Assembly: GCA_951406725.2 (NCBI GenBank)
Contig: OX597836.1
Location: forward strand, 23,188,001-23,252,000
DNA length: 64,000 nt
Direction: 5' to 3'
Source: Octopus vulgaris
Taxonomy: Eukaryota
Position 1 is the first letter of the stretch. Each line of letters opens with the position of its first letter. Positions 47,250 through 60,200 of the stretch are shown here, piece after piece. The position numbers and the translations under genes are program-made. The notes under the pieces were generated by a model, which worked only from the letters and a program-made list of their open reading frames with translations, did not search any database and had not been told where the DNA came from.

Positions 47250-48298
47250 CATATACATACACACACATGTATATATATAAAGTTAATCCAAACAAGAAAA
47301 CAAAAACAAAAAAAACAACAATGCAAGGACGTGGAACAAATAAAGTATTATTGGACGCTCAGGAAAGAAGGGAAGAAATACATATGTATGTGTATGTATA
47401 CATACACACTATGTACATCAAACATACAGCACACACACACACACATACACACACAAAATCAAATATGGTGGTGGAGTGACAATAACGGTAGAATGTCGTG
47501 TAGTATTTTATTTCGCTCCTCCCTAGATTCTGAGTTCAAATCTCTAGATTCTAAGTTCAAATCTCACCGTTGGTCGACTTTGAGGGTCTGTGTATATATC
47601 TTTGGTCATGAGCCAATATAAGGAATCAATCGCTAAGCTGTCATTAAAAATTGAGCCATAATTTCGGAGCAACAAATACCAACAACAAAAATCGTATGAC
47701 GTCACGTGGTTTATTTACTATGTCAAGCCATCGATTCTGATTTGGTATATAACTTTTTTTTATCTAGAGACGATTAAGGGGTGACGTTGCTTAGCTTATC
47801 TCTTAATACTTTCTTGAGTAGGTAGGTATATTGGTGGGTGTGTAAGTCACTTCGATAGCAAAAAACAAACAAAACAACACACAAAAAAACACTCTAACAA
47901 AAATGTAACAACAACGAAAATAAAACAGAACTACAAGGTAAAACAAGCAAAGACACAGTAAACAAAAAACACAAAAGAGTACGAAGCGAGGGGGGAGGAG
48001 GTGGAGGAGGAGGAGGAGGAGGAGGAAAGAGGAGGTGGTGAGGTAGAGATAAGAACCGGTTGACTGTTGAATTAATCTCTTCAGAAAACAGAATTAAGTC
48101 TGTGCATTGTATTGTAGGAAGGATTAACTGTTAGATTAAACTAGTTTAGAGATATATGTGTAACAACAGAGCAGAGAAGACGGACGAGCGAGAAGTCCAA
48201 CGGTTCGATATCTCCCACCGGCATTTCAACACAGAGTAGAAATAACTGTACTGAAGGTAGTGGTGGTGGTGGAGATAGTCATTCATGGCAGCGTGTGT

Positions 48299-48366
<68 letters not shown>

Positions 48367-48558
48367 CGATGATGACGTTAGCCGCGATAATGATAGTGAT
48401 AGCGGCGGCGTTGGTGATAGTAATGGTGATAGCAATAATAGTGGCAGTGGCGGTGATAGTGGTGGTGATGGTGGTGGTAGTAGCAGTGATGGTTATGGTG
48501 GTGGTGGAGGTGGTGATAATGATAGTGGTGACAGTGATGTTGGTAATAGCAATGATAA

Positions 48559-48973
48559 GGCGGCGAGCTGGTAGAAACATTAGCACGCCGGGCGAAATGC
48601 TTACCGGTATTTCGTCTGCCATTACGTTCTGAGTTCAAATTCCGCCGAGGTCGACTTTGCCTTTCATCCTTTCGGGGTCGATAAATTAAGTACCGGTTAC
48701 GCACTGGGGTCGATGTAATCGTCTTAATACCTATGTCTGTCCTTGTTTGTCCCCTCTGTGTTTAGCCCCTTGTGGGTAATAAAGAAATAGGTATTTCGTC
48801 TGCCATTACGTTCTGAGTTCAAATTCCGCCGAGGTCGACTTTGCCTTTCATCCTTTCGGGGTCGATAAATTAAGTACCAGTTACGCACTGGGGTCGATAC
48901 AATCAACTTAATCCGTTTGTCTGCCCTTGTTTGTCCTCTCTGTGTTTAGCCCCTTGTGGGTAGTAAAGAAATA
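48559..48973 (+). mobile_element. SINE family B dimer (one head, two 184-bp bodies)
   Basis: Junction GAAATAG|GTATTTCG at 48790. The whole dimer sits inside one 16-bp TSD GGTAATAGC(A/G)ATGATA. Confidence 0.9.
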
Positions 48974-49243
48974 GGTAATAGCGATGATAGTGATGGCGGT
49001 GGTGCTGGTGCTGGTAGAGTTCTCGATAAGCGGACAATTCTGTTCCAGTTCTGTTACTTATATCCCTAACACTTCCAATTAAAATGGCGGAGGGGGAGGG
49101 CACTCAATACAGCCGTGCCCTCCCCACCTCACCGACAACATTTTTATTTCTAAATCTCTGTGCGTTTTATACTTTCTCAGCTTCCCCTAGAGTAATGTTT
49201 CACTCAGAAAATTGAGAAATAAATCGATAAAGAGATTAATGAT

Positions 49244-49684
49244 TAGGAGTGGCTGTGTGGTAAGTAGCTTGCTTCCCAACAACATGGTCCCGGGTTCAGT
49301 CCCACTGCGTGGCACCTTGAGCAAGTGTCTTCTACTAAAGCATCGAACCAATCAAAGCTTTGTGAGTGGATTTGGTAGATGGAAACTGAAAGAAGTTCGT
49401 TGTGTGTGTGTATATATATATATATATCTATATATCTATATATATATATATATATATATCGATGTGTATGTGTGTGTTTTTGTGTCTGCGTTTGTCCCCC
49501 ACCATCGCTTGACAGCCGATGTTGGTGTGTTTATGTCCTCGAAACTTAGTGGCTCGGCAAAAGGTAGCGATAAAATAAGTATTAGGCTTACAAAGAATAA
49601 GTCTTCGGGTCGATTTCTTCGACTAAAGGTAGTACTCCAGCATGGCCGCAGTCAAATGACTGAAACGTGTAAAAGAGTAAAAGA

Positions 49685-49687
<3 letters not shown>
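49244..49687 (+). mobile_element. CORE-type SINE
   Basis: Sense copy of the 6424 family. Confidence 0.85.
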
Positions 49688-49754
<67 letters not shown>

Positions 49755-50049
49755 TTATTTTAGGCCTGGATATACACTTGGTAGTATGCCGATTAAAGCA
49801 CGTTCACTGTTTGCGGCTACCTGATGTCATCAACAGTATGGATATATATGCCACTGGATTTACTTCAGGAACGTCCCCGTGTCCATCGAGTATATAAGAA
49901 ATGAGAAAAAGAGAAAATGGAATTCACGAGATTCTTTATTAATCACAACAATCGTTTCGACCTATTTTGCATCGGCCCCTCGCGGTGGAGATTCTGGACA
50001 AATGGTCGGAATGACCAAACCATGAAACCCTGTGTGCAGCCAACTTTAT

Positions 50050-50256
50050 TCTTTTACTTGTTTCAGTTATTTGACTGCGGCCATGCTGGAGCCCCACCTT
50101 TAATCGAGCAACTCGACCCGGGACTTATTCTTTGTAAGCCCAGTACTTATTCTATCGGTCTCTTTTTGCCGAACCGCTAAGTGACGGGAACATAGACACA
50201 CCAGCATCGGTTGTCAAGCAATACTAGGGGGACAAACACAGACACACAAACACACA

Positions 50257-50296
<40 letters not shown>

Positions 50297-50467
50297 CATA
50301 TATACGACAGGCTTCTTTCAGTTTCCGTCTACCAAATCCACTCACAAGGCTTTGGTCGGCCCGAGGCTATAGTAGAAGACCCTTCCCAAGGTGCCACGCA
50401 GTGGGACTGAACCCGGAACCATGTGGTTGGTAAGCAAGCTACTTACCACACAGCCACTCCTGCGCCT
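50050..50467 (-). mobile_element. CORE-type SINE, full length
   Basis: Near-identical to the 6424 and 22414 copies; inverted relative to the 49244 copy. Confidence 0.85.
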
Positions 50468-50751
50468 ATAGATAAATAAATAAACTATAGATAAATAACG
50501 AAATGCATTATAATCGAACCAAGCGAAACCGAATTAATTGAACGAAGTTCCTTTGGAAAAGTCACCTGACGAAATACATCTGCACCGAAGGATGCAACAC
50601 AACCAGTCGTCCAGGATATCACTCGCAGGAGAACAATACTAGATGAGTGGAAACGATCGTTTATCATATTAAAAAATGTGTAATTAAGTTGTAGAAACAA
50701 TGGGTAAGGCTCTATTATTTTAATTAGAAGATAAATATTAAAATAGCACCC

Positions 50752-51188
50752 ACATACATACATACATACATACATACATACATTATGGCTGCCCCCTCGT
50801 TATCGAGTATGGCCATTGCACGAAGCTTAACTGTTACTGGTGCTGTGATCGAATGTGACTTTTTAGCCCAGCTAAAGATCTACAATGTCTTGTACAAAAT
50901 TGGCAACTAAAACCTTTACTGGTAATAGCCGGCTGTAGTTGTAACTGGGCTTCGTGTACCTTTGCATGTCGTTTAAGTCCTCCTGCCGAATTACACTCTC
51001 TTCCACATGCCCGACAGATATGATTAGTATGGTGTGTTACACCACCACCAGTGGCCAGGTTGTCACTCGTCTGTCTCGTTTTATGACTACGAAGATGACT
51101 CTTGAGTCCAGCTTTACTGAGGCAGGGTCTTGCACAGACATTGCATGTCAGAATCAAAGGTGGGATGTCAGGAAGGGCATCGCTGTTA
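50752..51188 (-). mobile_element. RTE-clade LINE 3' end with three C2H2-like fingers and (ATGT)n tail
   Basis: CNVCARPCLSKAGLKSHLRSH, CRACGRECNSAGGLKRHAKVH, CQFCTRHCRSLAGLKSHIRSQH; stop at 50834, short UTR, (TATG)n on both sides. Confidence 0.7.
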
Positions 51189-51422
51189 CATACATACATA
51201 AAAACATACATACATACATACATACATACATACATACATACATACATACATACATACATACATACATACTTCCAATGAAGGAACCTTGGAACCAGGTTAG
51301 AAACGGGTTTTTTTCTTTATTGGCAATAAATCTTGAAATAAACTGAATAATACTTTCATTCACAGCTTTGCTACCAAGTCGGTGGCCGGTCAAAATTTAC
51401 TCTAAATTAAAAAGAGAAAGAG

Positions 51423-51489
<67 letters not shown>

Positions 51490-52050
51490 GTAGTAATGCG
51501 AAGCAACGATGGGAAATAGACATACTCCAGGTCAGCTCCTAAATGTGTTGCGTGCCCTTTTCTGTCTTTTGTCCACACAGTCGCGCGCGCGCATGTATGA
51601 GGGGCTTCCACACAGTTTTCGTCATTCAAATTCACCCACGAGGTTATAGTAGAAGACACTTGCTGAAGGTACTGCGCAGTAGGGCTAAACCCCAAACCAT
51701 TTCGTTGTGAAGTGAGCTTCTTATCTACACAGACATGCCTATATCCCATTACGAACTATTGTTGTAAGACGTTTAATCCGGTTTCATAGTTTTTTTTTCT
51801 TTTATTTCAACTTTTCTTCATGTCTTAGAAATATTATACAAGTGTAATATTGTCAGTGACCGAGGTTTAACATTATCAGTGGCCTGAATCTATTGTTGTA
51901 CATACACAGCAGATATTTTATAGCCTTTGGACGGGCCCAAAGTAGATAATAATAGAATTTGATCGCCATGTTCTGAGTGAAATACTGTGTAAAGTATTCA
52001 GTACACCACCACAGTGACTGCTGGCTCGCTCCGAGACCACCACCACCACC

Positions 52051-52082
<32 letters not shown>

Positions 52083-52202
52083 CAAGATTGTATTAAGGAA
52101 AAGTGGAAAGATAGCATCTATTGCACAACGCTTGACTAATTTTGAAACTACGACGTAAATATTTCAACAGAAATTAAACACACCCACCCACATACACACA
52201 CG

Positions 52203-52276
<74 letters not shown>

Positions 52277-53129
52277 CATATGTATTTGTATTATGTGCAT
52301 CTATATTCGTGCGTGGGTATGCATGTGTGTATGTGCACATGTCTTTATTCAAAAACCAATCCTTTTGTGTTGTTTTGTATGGTTTCATTGCTTTATATAC
52401 GTATCTGTGTCTTTCCCCAAAAAATAGGACATTGATCTCTAACAAACAAACAAAATCTCCACCATTGCAATTTGGAAGACAACAACGAAAATTGTTATAT
52501 TATTGAACTTTTAGAAATCTTGCTTATTTTTACTGTTTCACTTTCGGATTTTTATCTGTAATATTCTCGATGTGTTAGCCATTATTTTCTTTGCTTGAAA
52601 ATCCTGAATGTAAATTTAATCAGATTTAGAAATAGTTTTCCAAACATATACCTCTTCTTGCTGGTTTTGGGATTGATGCTTACATCTTCAGGGTAACTCT
52701 GTGACTGTACATGACATGATTTTCCGTATCATATGAGGACTGTTATGTGTGCATTGGGCAGTAGTTTTGATGGGAATGTTTCATTAATATTCCTTGTACT
52801 GATTTGTATGTATCCCATACCAGAGTTGTTATTTATATTTATCCTGATTGCGTGAGTACCAGCTGAGACAAGTAAAAAGCAACTGAATAGGAGAAGTGTG
52901 TATTTAGCGCCGAAGCGGGAGATTAGAAACGGAGAAAGACCCGTGCGAATGGTGAAAATGGGAGCAAGTAAAAAAGTATGATAATGGAAGAATCTTAAAA
53001 TAAACTGGAAAGTGGTTAGGCTTCGGGTTAGGGTTTGGTGTTAAACTGAATATATCTAAGGGAAAAATAAGTTTTGCTGGAATATTCTTATTGCGACAGA
53101 TATCCATGTAGAGAGTTTTAAAAGAGGAA

Positions 53130-54880
53130 GTTACTCTTCGAGGTTTATATTAGCTGTTTGGAAGAATAGACGGTTTGAAGTATTTATGTCTCTTAGTATA
53201 TTCCTGCATGCATAAACAGAACTATTCTTGTGAGAAAGTAATATTTCTAGCTTCTTGGAAGGACAGACCTGTCAAGAATTCTTTGTGGGGATATGTATCG
53301 GCAAAACAAATGACTTTCCCTTTATGATATAATCCATATTCTTCGATTTAGTACTCCAGACAAATTTGCATAATGTGGTATAAAGTGGCTGCTTTGAATG
53401 GCTTAATGTATAAAAGTTGTGGGAATAATGAGTATTGAATATGTTTACCGTTAATCTGCTGTCTTATTTAAAAAAGGAGTTAAAGTAAACTAGAGCTTAG
53501 TAAATAATGGGCATGTTGTTGGGTGAACAGAGTTGCAGTGTTCGGGGAAAGGACTTAGTTTAATATGATTCATGTTGTGTTAGAAGTTCCTATAATAGCT
53601 CCATGATATTTATGATTTGGCAGGGAAATGTTTTTGTTATAGGTTTAAGAAGATTCTATCTTCAAAGCTGAGGACTTGTTAGCTGAGAGAAGGTTGATCC
53701 AATTAACATGAGTGATCTTTTTTTCTGGATGCGTTAGGTATTTTTTTTGTAATATACTGTGTTTTTATGTGAAATCTTTATACTAGCACATCATTGTAGT
53801 ATTGCAAAAGTTTTGTGAGAACAGATTCATTGGAGGGGCGTTTGAAATGTATATAGAAATACTTTTAAATAAATTAAGTGCGTAGATAGTTTTCTAATTA
53901 GCGTATGTCGAATACGGATTCATTGAAATTTATGTTGGGAGAAAACGGAATTGCTGAGGTGAAAAGTGACGTCTAAGAAATTAACTCTAAGCTTGATTCA
54001 ACCGTAATGTTTAACTTGTAGTTTATGAAAAAAATGGTAAGGAATTTTCTAAACTTATCAGTTTGTTAGGAGTTGAAGTTACGAAGAATTGGTAAATTGT
54101 CATTTCTACGCGTGTTGGCGAGAATGTTGGCAAAACTGATATATTGAGAATTCAGTATACAAAAACTAGTGATATCTGTATTTCCGCTGAGATTTTCGAA
54201 TCCATCTGATATCGCAGGAGAATGAGATTGCCTTTTTTTAAAATCCATAAGCTGTTAGATTTCCTTGTGACTAGAGTAATATTAGTTTGTAAAGTTGTGG
54301 GAGGTGAAAAAGTGTTTTTATAAAAATGAGAGCATCCAAAGGAAGGGTTTCCGGGCGGAGGGTAAAATTGAGTGAATATATATATTCTTTATTGAACCAA
54401 AATAATTTGTGATTTAAAAAAGGGAAGGTCCTAACTTTGCTGTAGGATGCTTTTGTCGAGTATCCGTTTACTTATTATTCTGATATCTGTTTTAGTAGAT
54501 TTAATTAGTTCTGTAAACGAATTCTTTGAAAAATTAGTCTTATGGTCCTCGAATGTAAAGTACGGCTTTTTGTAGAGATAGCGTGTTTACTGTAACCATT
54601 ATTTCGAGATCAGCTACTTTCCTTTTTTTTGCTTCTATGTTGTTTTTGTGTATGGTGGTAATAATGTGAGACAGTGATGCGTGGCACTTTTGCTCAAACT
54701 CATTGAGGATTTTATTCTTGTCGTGCCGTATATGAAATTCTGAAAGGTGTTGAAATAATTTAACTTGACTTTTATTATGACTTTCACGGATTAGTTGATT
54801 GTAATTTTGAATCGAATATTTTTGATCTTTCAGAAAGTGTCATTTTCGAACGAGCGTAAGAAGTTATTTTGGGAAAGACA
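53130..54880 (-). pseudogene. Degraded Penelope-like element (RT and GIY-YIG endonuclease region)
   Basis: Interrupted frames give W..KKGNL.....MDS..SAEI (~54180-54250), VNFLDVTFHL (~53955-53985), FLK...K.FP (~53620-53655) and TTLCKFVWSTKSKNMDY.IKGKVI (~53310-53385), in Penelope order. Confidence 0.65.
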
Positions 54881-54884
54881 TTTT

Positions 54885-55425
54885 GATTGATTGATTGATT
54901 GATTGATTCTAGTTTCAGCTTATGAGCTGTGGCCATGCTGGGGCACCGCCATTTGGTGTTGCTACTTGGTTTCACTTCACGAAAGCTTTCTAGCAACTGC
55001 CATTTGGTGCATGAGAGAGTTCGATGCAGCTGTCCTCATCTGCCCCTCCTGCCGTGAAGTTGGTTCATCTGGGACACCTGACAGGAAGAGATCCAGCTTC
55101 ATTTTAAAGACATCTGCATCCACCCCATGCAGGTCTCTCAGGTTCTTCGGGAGGATATTGAAGAGCTGTGGGCCTCGGAAGCCCAGGCTATCACAGAATC
55201 TTGTCCTACATCTTGATGGCAGGTTTGGAGTCCTAGGCACCACGCAGTGGCGCCCAGTTCTGGCATTTGCGTAACTCTCGATGCCAAAGTTCAGGACACG
55301 TCCCTCCAGGATCTTCCAGATGTATATTATGGCATATCTTTCCCGCCTACGCTCCAGGGAATATAGTTTTAATCTCTTGAGTCTTTCCCAGTAGCTTACA
55401 TTCTGCATAGAGGCTATCTTCTTCT
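54885..55425 (-). mobile_element. 5'-truncated CR1-type LINE with 3' UTR and (AATC)n tail
   Basis: SYWERLKRLKLYSLERRRERYAIIYIWKILEG...GPQLFNILPKNLR...FKMKLDLFLSGVPDEP; stop at 54977. Confidence 0.9.
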
Positions 55426-55873
55426 TTGTTAGTTTAAAAACCATTTTGAAAGATCTAATTGGCAGAAAGGGTTCAGCCCCTCACTTATTTGTTTACATGT
55501 TCCATTTTAAATAGTTTTCCTACTTCAGATAAATTCATCTCATTTCTCCCCAACCATTGCTTCCCCCTCTCCACCGCCAGCACTTAACTCTTTCTCTTGC
55601 TCTTATTTCTTCTTCGCCCACGTCTTCCTAGAAATTTAAACACAAAACATTTTTTCGAGGTTCTTTCATTACAATTTGATAATTTGAAACAGAAAGAAAA
55701 AAGAAGAAAGCTTTTAGTTGCTGTTAAACGGATTCTTTTCAGCTTTTATTAAATTAGTAAAAAAATATTTCACTTCTTGCATTGCGCTGTTTTTACTCGT
55801 TCAGCTTTGTACACACATACAGATAGCATTTTCTTAATTACACCCACCCACACCCACTCACATACACACACAC

Positions 55874-55874
<1 letters not shown>

Positions 55875-55904
<30 letters not shown>

Positions 55905-55994
55905 TGTATGTATGTATGTATGTATGTATGTATGTATGTATGTATGTATGTATGTGTGTATGTATGTATGTATATATGTATGTACGTATGTATG

Positions 55995-56028
<34 letters not shown>

Positions 56029-56090
56029 TGTATGTATGTATGTATGTATGCATGTATGTATGTATGTATGTATGTATGTATGTATGTATG

Positions 56091-56124
<34 letters not shown>

Positions 56125-56230
56125 TGTATGTATGTACGTAAGTATGTATGTATGTATGTATGTATGTATGTATGTACGTAAGTATGTATGTATGTATGTA
56201 CGTACGTACGTACGTATGTATGTATGTATG

Positions 56231-56264
<34 letters not shown>

Positions 56265-56535
56265 TGTATGTATATATGTATGTGTGTATGTATGTATGTA
56301 TGTATATATGTATGTGTGTATGTATGTATGTATGTATGCATGTATGCATGTATGTATGTATATATGTATGTGTGTAAGTATGTATGTATGTATGTATGTA
56401 TGTTTTTATGTATGTATGCATGTATGTATATACATATGTATGTATGTACGTATGTATGTATGTATGTATGTATGTATGTATGTATGTATGTATGTATGTA
56501 TGTATGTATGTATGTATGTATGTATGTATGTATGT
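55875..56535. repeat. ~660-bp (TATG)n microsatellite
   Basis: Direct inspection. Confidence 0.95.
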
Positions 56536-56960
56536 AGAAGCGTGAATATCGTCTTCAAACAACGTCGCCATTTCTGAAGAAATCTTCAAGAAATTTTGCA
56601 ACCAGAATAGCGAACGAATACAGCAAAGCGAAACAAAACAAAGCAAATCCAGTCTCCACCCCGACCTACAGGACAAATCAGGGAGGGTTAGAAAAGTGAT
56701 GGAGAAAGGACGACCGTTTAACTGAGGTTGTTTGCGAAAGAGAAGCAGTTAAATGGAGAGGGACGAATAACGACTCCTCACAGCAATATTCTAAGAGACA
56801 TCATTTTGTGACCGTAAACTCTCTTCTACTCTTTCAATCTTTCTTTAATCAATCATCACTCCTTATCACTCTGAATTTCTCTCTCTCTCAGACAACAATG
56901 TGCATATATACCTATGCATTAGCTCAAACGTGCACATATATATATATATATATATATATA

Positions 56961-57189
56961 TTTCTTTACTACCCACAACGGGCTAAACATAGAGGGGACA
57001 AACAAGGACAGACAAACGAATTAAGTCGATTACATCGACCCCAGTGCGTAACTGGTACTTAGTTTATCGACCCCGAAAGGATGAAAGGCAAAGTCGACCT
57101 CGGTGGAATTTGAACTCGGAACGTAACGACACACGAAATACTGCTACGAATTTCGCCCGGCGTGCTAACGTTTCTACCAGCTCGCCGCC
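56961..57189 (-). mobile_element. SINE family B inserted in (TA)n
   Basis: Full head-to-tail copy with TA runs on both sides. Confidence 0.9.
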
Positions 57190-58346
57190 TATATATATAT
57201 ATGTATGTATATATATATATATATATATATATACATCCAGCTATACACGCACATGTACACACACACGCACGCACGCACGAACACACATGTACACACATAT
57301 GTACGCATATGAAACGTGTAAATAAATGCATATAAAAATTATGTACATCCTCATTGGCTGCGTATCACATACTTGCATACGTCTTTTACACGTACTTATA
57401 TCACACTGACACACACGCCAACTCACACACCGACCCCCCACCCCACACTAGTGGTTAACACTATCTTTTATTTTCAGAAGGGCGGATAGCTCGCGCGCTT
57501 CGGTGTTTATATCGGTGTTGTTGTATGCTTTGATGACGATTGTTTTTGTAAGGAATCATTTGTGCTCGATGGTGATTGTTTCGCATATACTCTTTGTTTT
57601 ATCGGTGACAACGTGTATCTTTGGTGATTGTCTGCTGTCTATTATGTAACTATTTAAAAAAAATTCAAGAAATGGTTAGAACGATGTTGAAATCTTACAT
57701 TTTTGGTGATGTCTATCAAATCAGCTTCGTAAAATTCTCACTTCTGTTTATCTGGGGAGGGTATTTTCATGATTTGAAGCCGAAGTTATTTGCGAATGAA
57801 CTGGTGGTCGGATTCTCCAAGTAGACATTCCAGCGCATGCGCTTGATCACACTTCCCGTTTTCTCAGTCAGACATATAAAACAGAGTTTCTTTGGTGGTA
57901 TTCGAACGTTTTTCAACGGGTATAGAAGCAACTGACTTTCCATCTTCCACTGTTTATTCTTCGTTTATGGGTAGAGCTCTACAACGATAAGAACAGTTAA
58001 ACGAACGGGCGAACACCAGTGAATTGTGTCCTTAAGCAAGTCACTTTATTCCACGCTAGTCCAGTCTATTCAGAAAAAAAAGCAATAACAAGAGTACAAG
58101 CCGAGAGTTGGTGCAGTCCTCGCACCCCCCTCCCCCAGCTGTCATATTCTCTGCGTTTTACAGGGTCAAAAGTAGTACAACCGAGAAGGTGTGTTTGTCT
58201 ACACATAACTACGTAGAGCATAGGAACCTAATACAATTACCGAAAGCATGGAACATATTGCCAAGTCATACACACCTGCGAGTGATGGTTACTTACACAC
58301 ACACACACACACACATACACACAGACAGACATATATATATATATAT

Positions 58347-58577
58347 ATTTCTTTACTACCCACAAGGGGCCAAACACAGAGGAGACAAACAAGGACAGAC
58401 AAACGGATTAAGTCGATTACATCGACCCCAGTGCGTAACTGGTACTTAATTTATCGACCCCGGAAGGATGAAAGGCAAAGTCGACCTCGGCGGAATTTGA
58501 ACTCGGAACGTAGCGGCAGACGAAATACGGCTACGCATTTCGCCCGGCGTGCTAACGTTTCTGCCAGCTCGCCGCCT
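58347..58577 (-). mobile_element. SINE family B inserted in (TA)n
   Basis: Full copy with TA runs on both sides. Confidence 0.9.
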
Positions 58578-58704
58578 TCATAAATATATATATATATATG
58601 TTTGTGTGTATATATATGTTTGTGTGCATATATATGTAGGAGTGTGTATACATTATGCAAAATATGGGGCACTGTTATAGGAATGTCAGAGTGCCTTACA
58701 AACA

Positions 58705-58796
<92 letters not shown>

Positions 58797-59231
58797 AACA
58801 AGTGCAACCTAACATACTTAATGAACTGAATCAAAGCGACATTGTACGTAATTAAAGTTACATTAGTAATTAAATGAAAATTAATTAGCGTTAATGATAA
58901 TTCTTGCGAAAAGCAGCAATACTGATGAGGTCTCACTCTCTATTGCACACCCACATTTAATTTTCAATTAATTTTAATTGTGGACAGTTATTGCTGTTGA
59001 ATGTCTTTCATTAAAGATGTAATTTTAGTTTATTAAAATAATTCAGATCAACGCATTAAATATATTCGCCTTCACTTAACTATATTTTCTTTATGCAGAA
59101 GGCATCTCTGGACTATTTTCCTGTCTTATTATTTTCATTTATCTTCTCACTAAATGCTTTATATTCAGTTACGAGCAACACATTTTATTTCACGTTACCC
59201 TAGTTCACTCAGTTGGCAAAAATGTGTTGTA

Positions 59232-60200
59232 CCTATTTCTTTATTACCCACAAGGGGCTAAACACAGAGGGGACAAACAAGGACAGACGTAGGTATTAAG
59301 TCGATTACATCGACCCCAGTGCGTAACTGGTACTTAATTTATCGACCCCGAAAGGATGAAAGGCAAAGTCGACATCGGCGGAATTTGAACTCACAACATA
59401 ACGCAGACGAAATACCTATTTCTTTATTACCTACAAGGGCTAAACACAGAGGGGACAAACAAGGACAGACATAGGTATTAAGTCGATTACATCGACCCCA
59501 GTGCGTAACTGGTACTTAATTTATCGACCCCGAAAGGATGAAAGGCAAAGTCGACATCGGCGGAATTTGAACTCACAACATAACGCAGACGAAATACCTA
59601 TTTCTTTATTACCCACAAGGGGCTAAACACAGAGGGGACAAACAAGGACAGACATAGGTATTAAGTCGATTACATCGACCCCAGTGCGTAACTGGTACTT
59701 AATTTATCGACCCCGAAAGGATGAAAGGCAAAGTCGACATCGACGGAATTTGAACTCACAACGTAACGCAGACGAAATACCTATTTCTTTATTACCCACA
59801 AGGGGCTAAACATAGAGGGGACAAACAAGGACAGACATAGGTATTAAGTCGATTACATCGACCCCAGTGCGTAACTGGTACTTAATTTATCGACCCCGAA
59901 AGGATGAAAGGCAAAGTCGACCTCGACGGAATTTGAACTCACAACGTAACGCAGACGAAATACCTATTTCTTTATTACCCACAAGGGGCTAAACATAGAG
60001 GGGACAAACAAGGACAGATATAGGTATTAAGTCGATTACATCGACCCCAGTGCGTAACTGGTACTTAATTTATCGACCCCGAAAGGATGAAAGGCAAAGT
60101 CGACATCGGCGGAATTTGAACTCACAACGTAACGCAGACGAAATACCGCTAAGCATTTCGCCCGACGTGCTACCGTTTCTGCCAGCTCGCCGCCTTAAAT
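59232..60200 (-). mobile_element. SINE family B pentamer (one head, five 182-183 bp bodies)
   Basis: Units start at 59232, 59415, 59597, 59780 and 59963; single head at 60146-60196. Flanked by the 23-bp direct repeat GTTGGCAAAAATGTGTTGTACCT (59212-59234, 60201-60223). Confidence 0.95.

Noticed and set aside
48260-48632. Gly/Asp/Ser-rich or Val-rich ORFs
   Set aside because: Degenerate GGT/GAT trinucleotide repeat between (TG)n and a SINE.
49075-49190. YY1-like AAAATGGCGG as the start of a gene
   Set aside because: The frame closes after ~35 codons and I found no linked exons.
50560-50645. 73-nt AG...GT bounded segment on the minus strand (similar lone donors near 30500, 39419 and 60984)
   Set aside because: No recognisable protein and no consistent chain of exons; a gene with tiny exons in 30-64 kb cannot be excluded without RNA data.
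55777-56676. Long ORFs (YVCM/HTYI repeats; likewise IY, ER, TH and VC repeat ORFs elsewhere)
   Set aside because: They are translations of microsatellites that lack stop codons, not genes.
57833-57860. NRF1-like GCGCATGCGC with nearby CACTTCCCG
   Set aside because: Isolated motifs with no identifiable downstream exon.
58915-58945. CTGATGA inside a GCAATA/TATTGC stem as a hammerhead
   Set aside because: No GAAA core or stem III.
59232-60200. Regularly spaced array resembling CRISPR
   Set aside because: The units are whole 183-bp SINE bodies with no unique spacers, there are no cas genes, and the context is eukaryotic.
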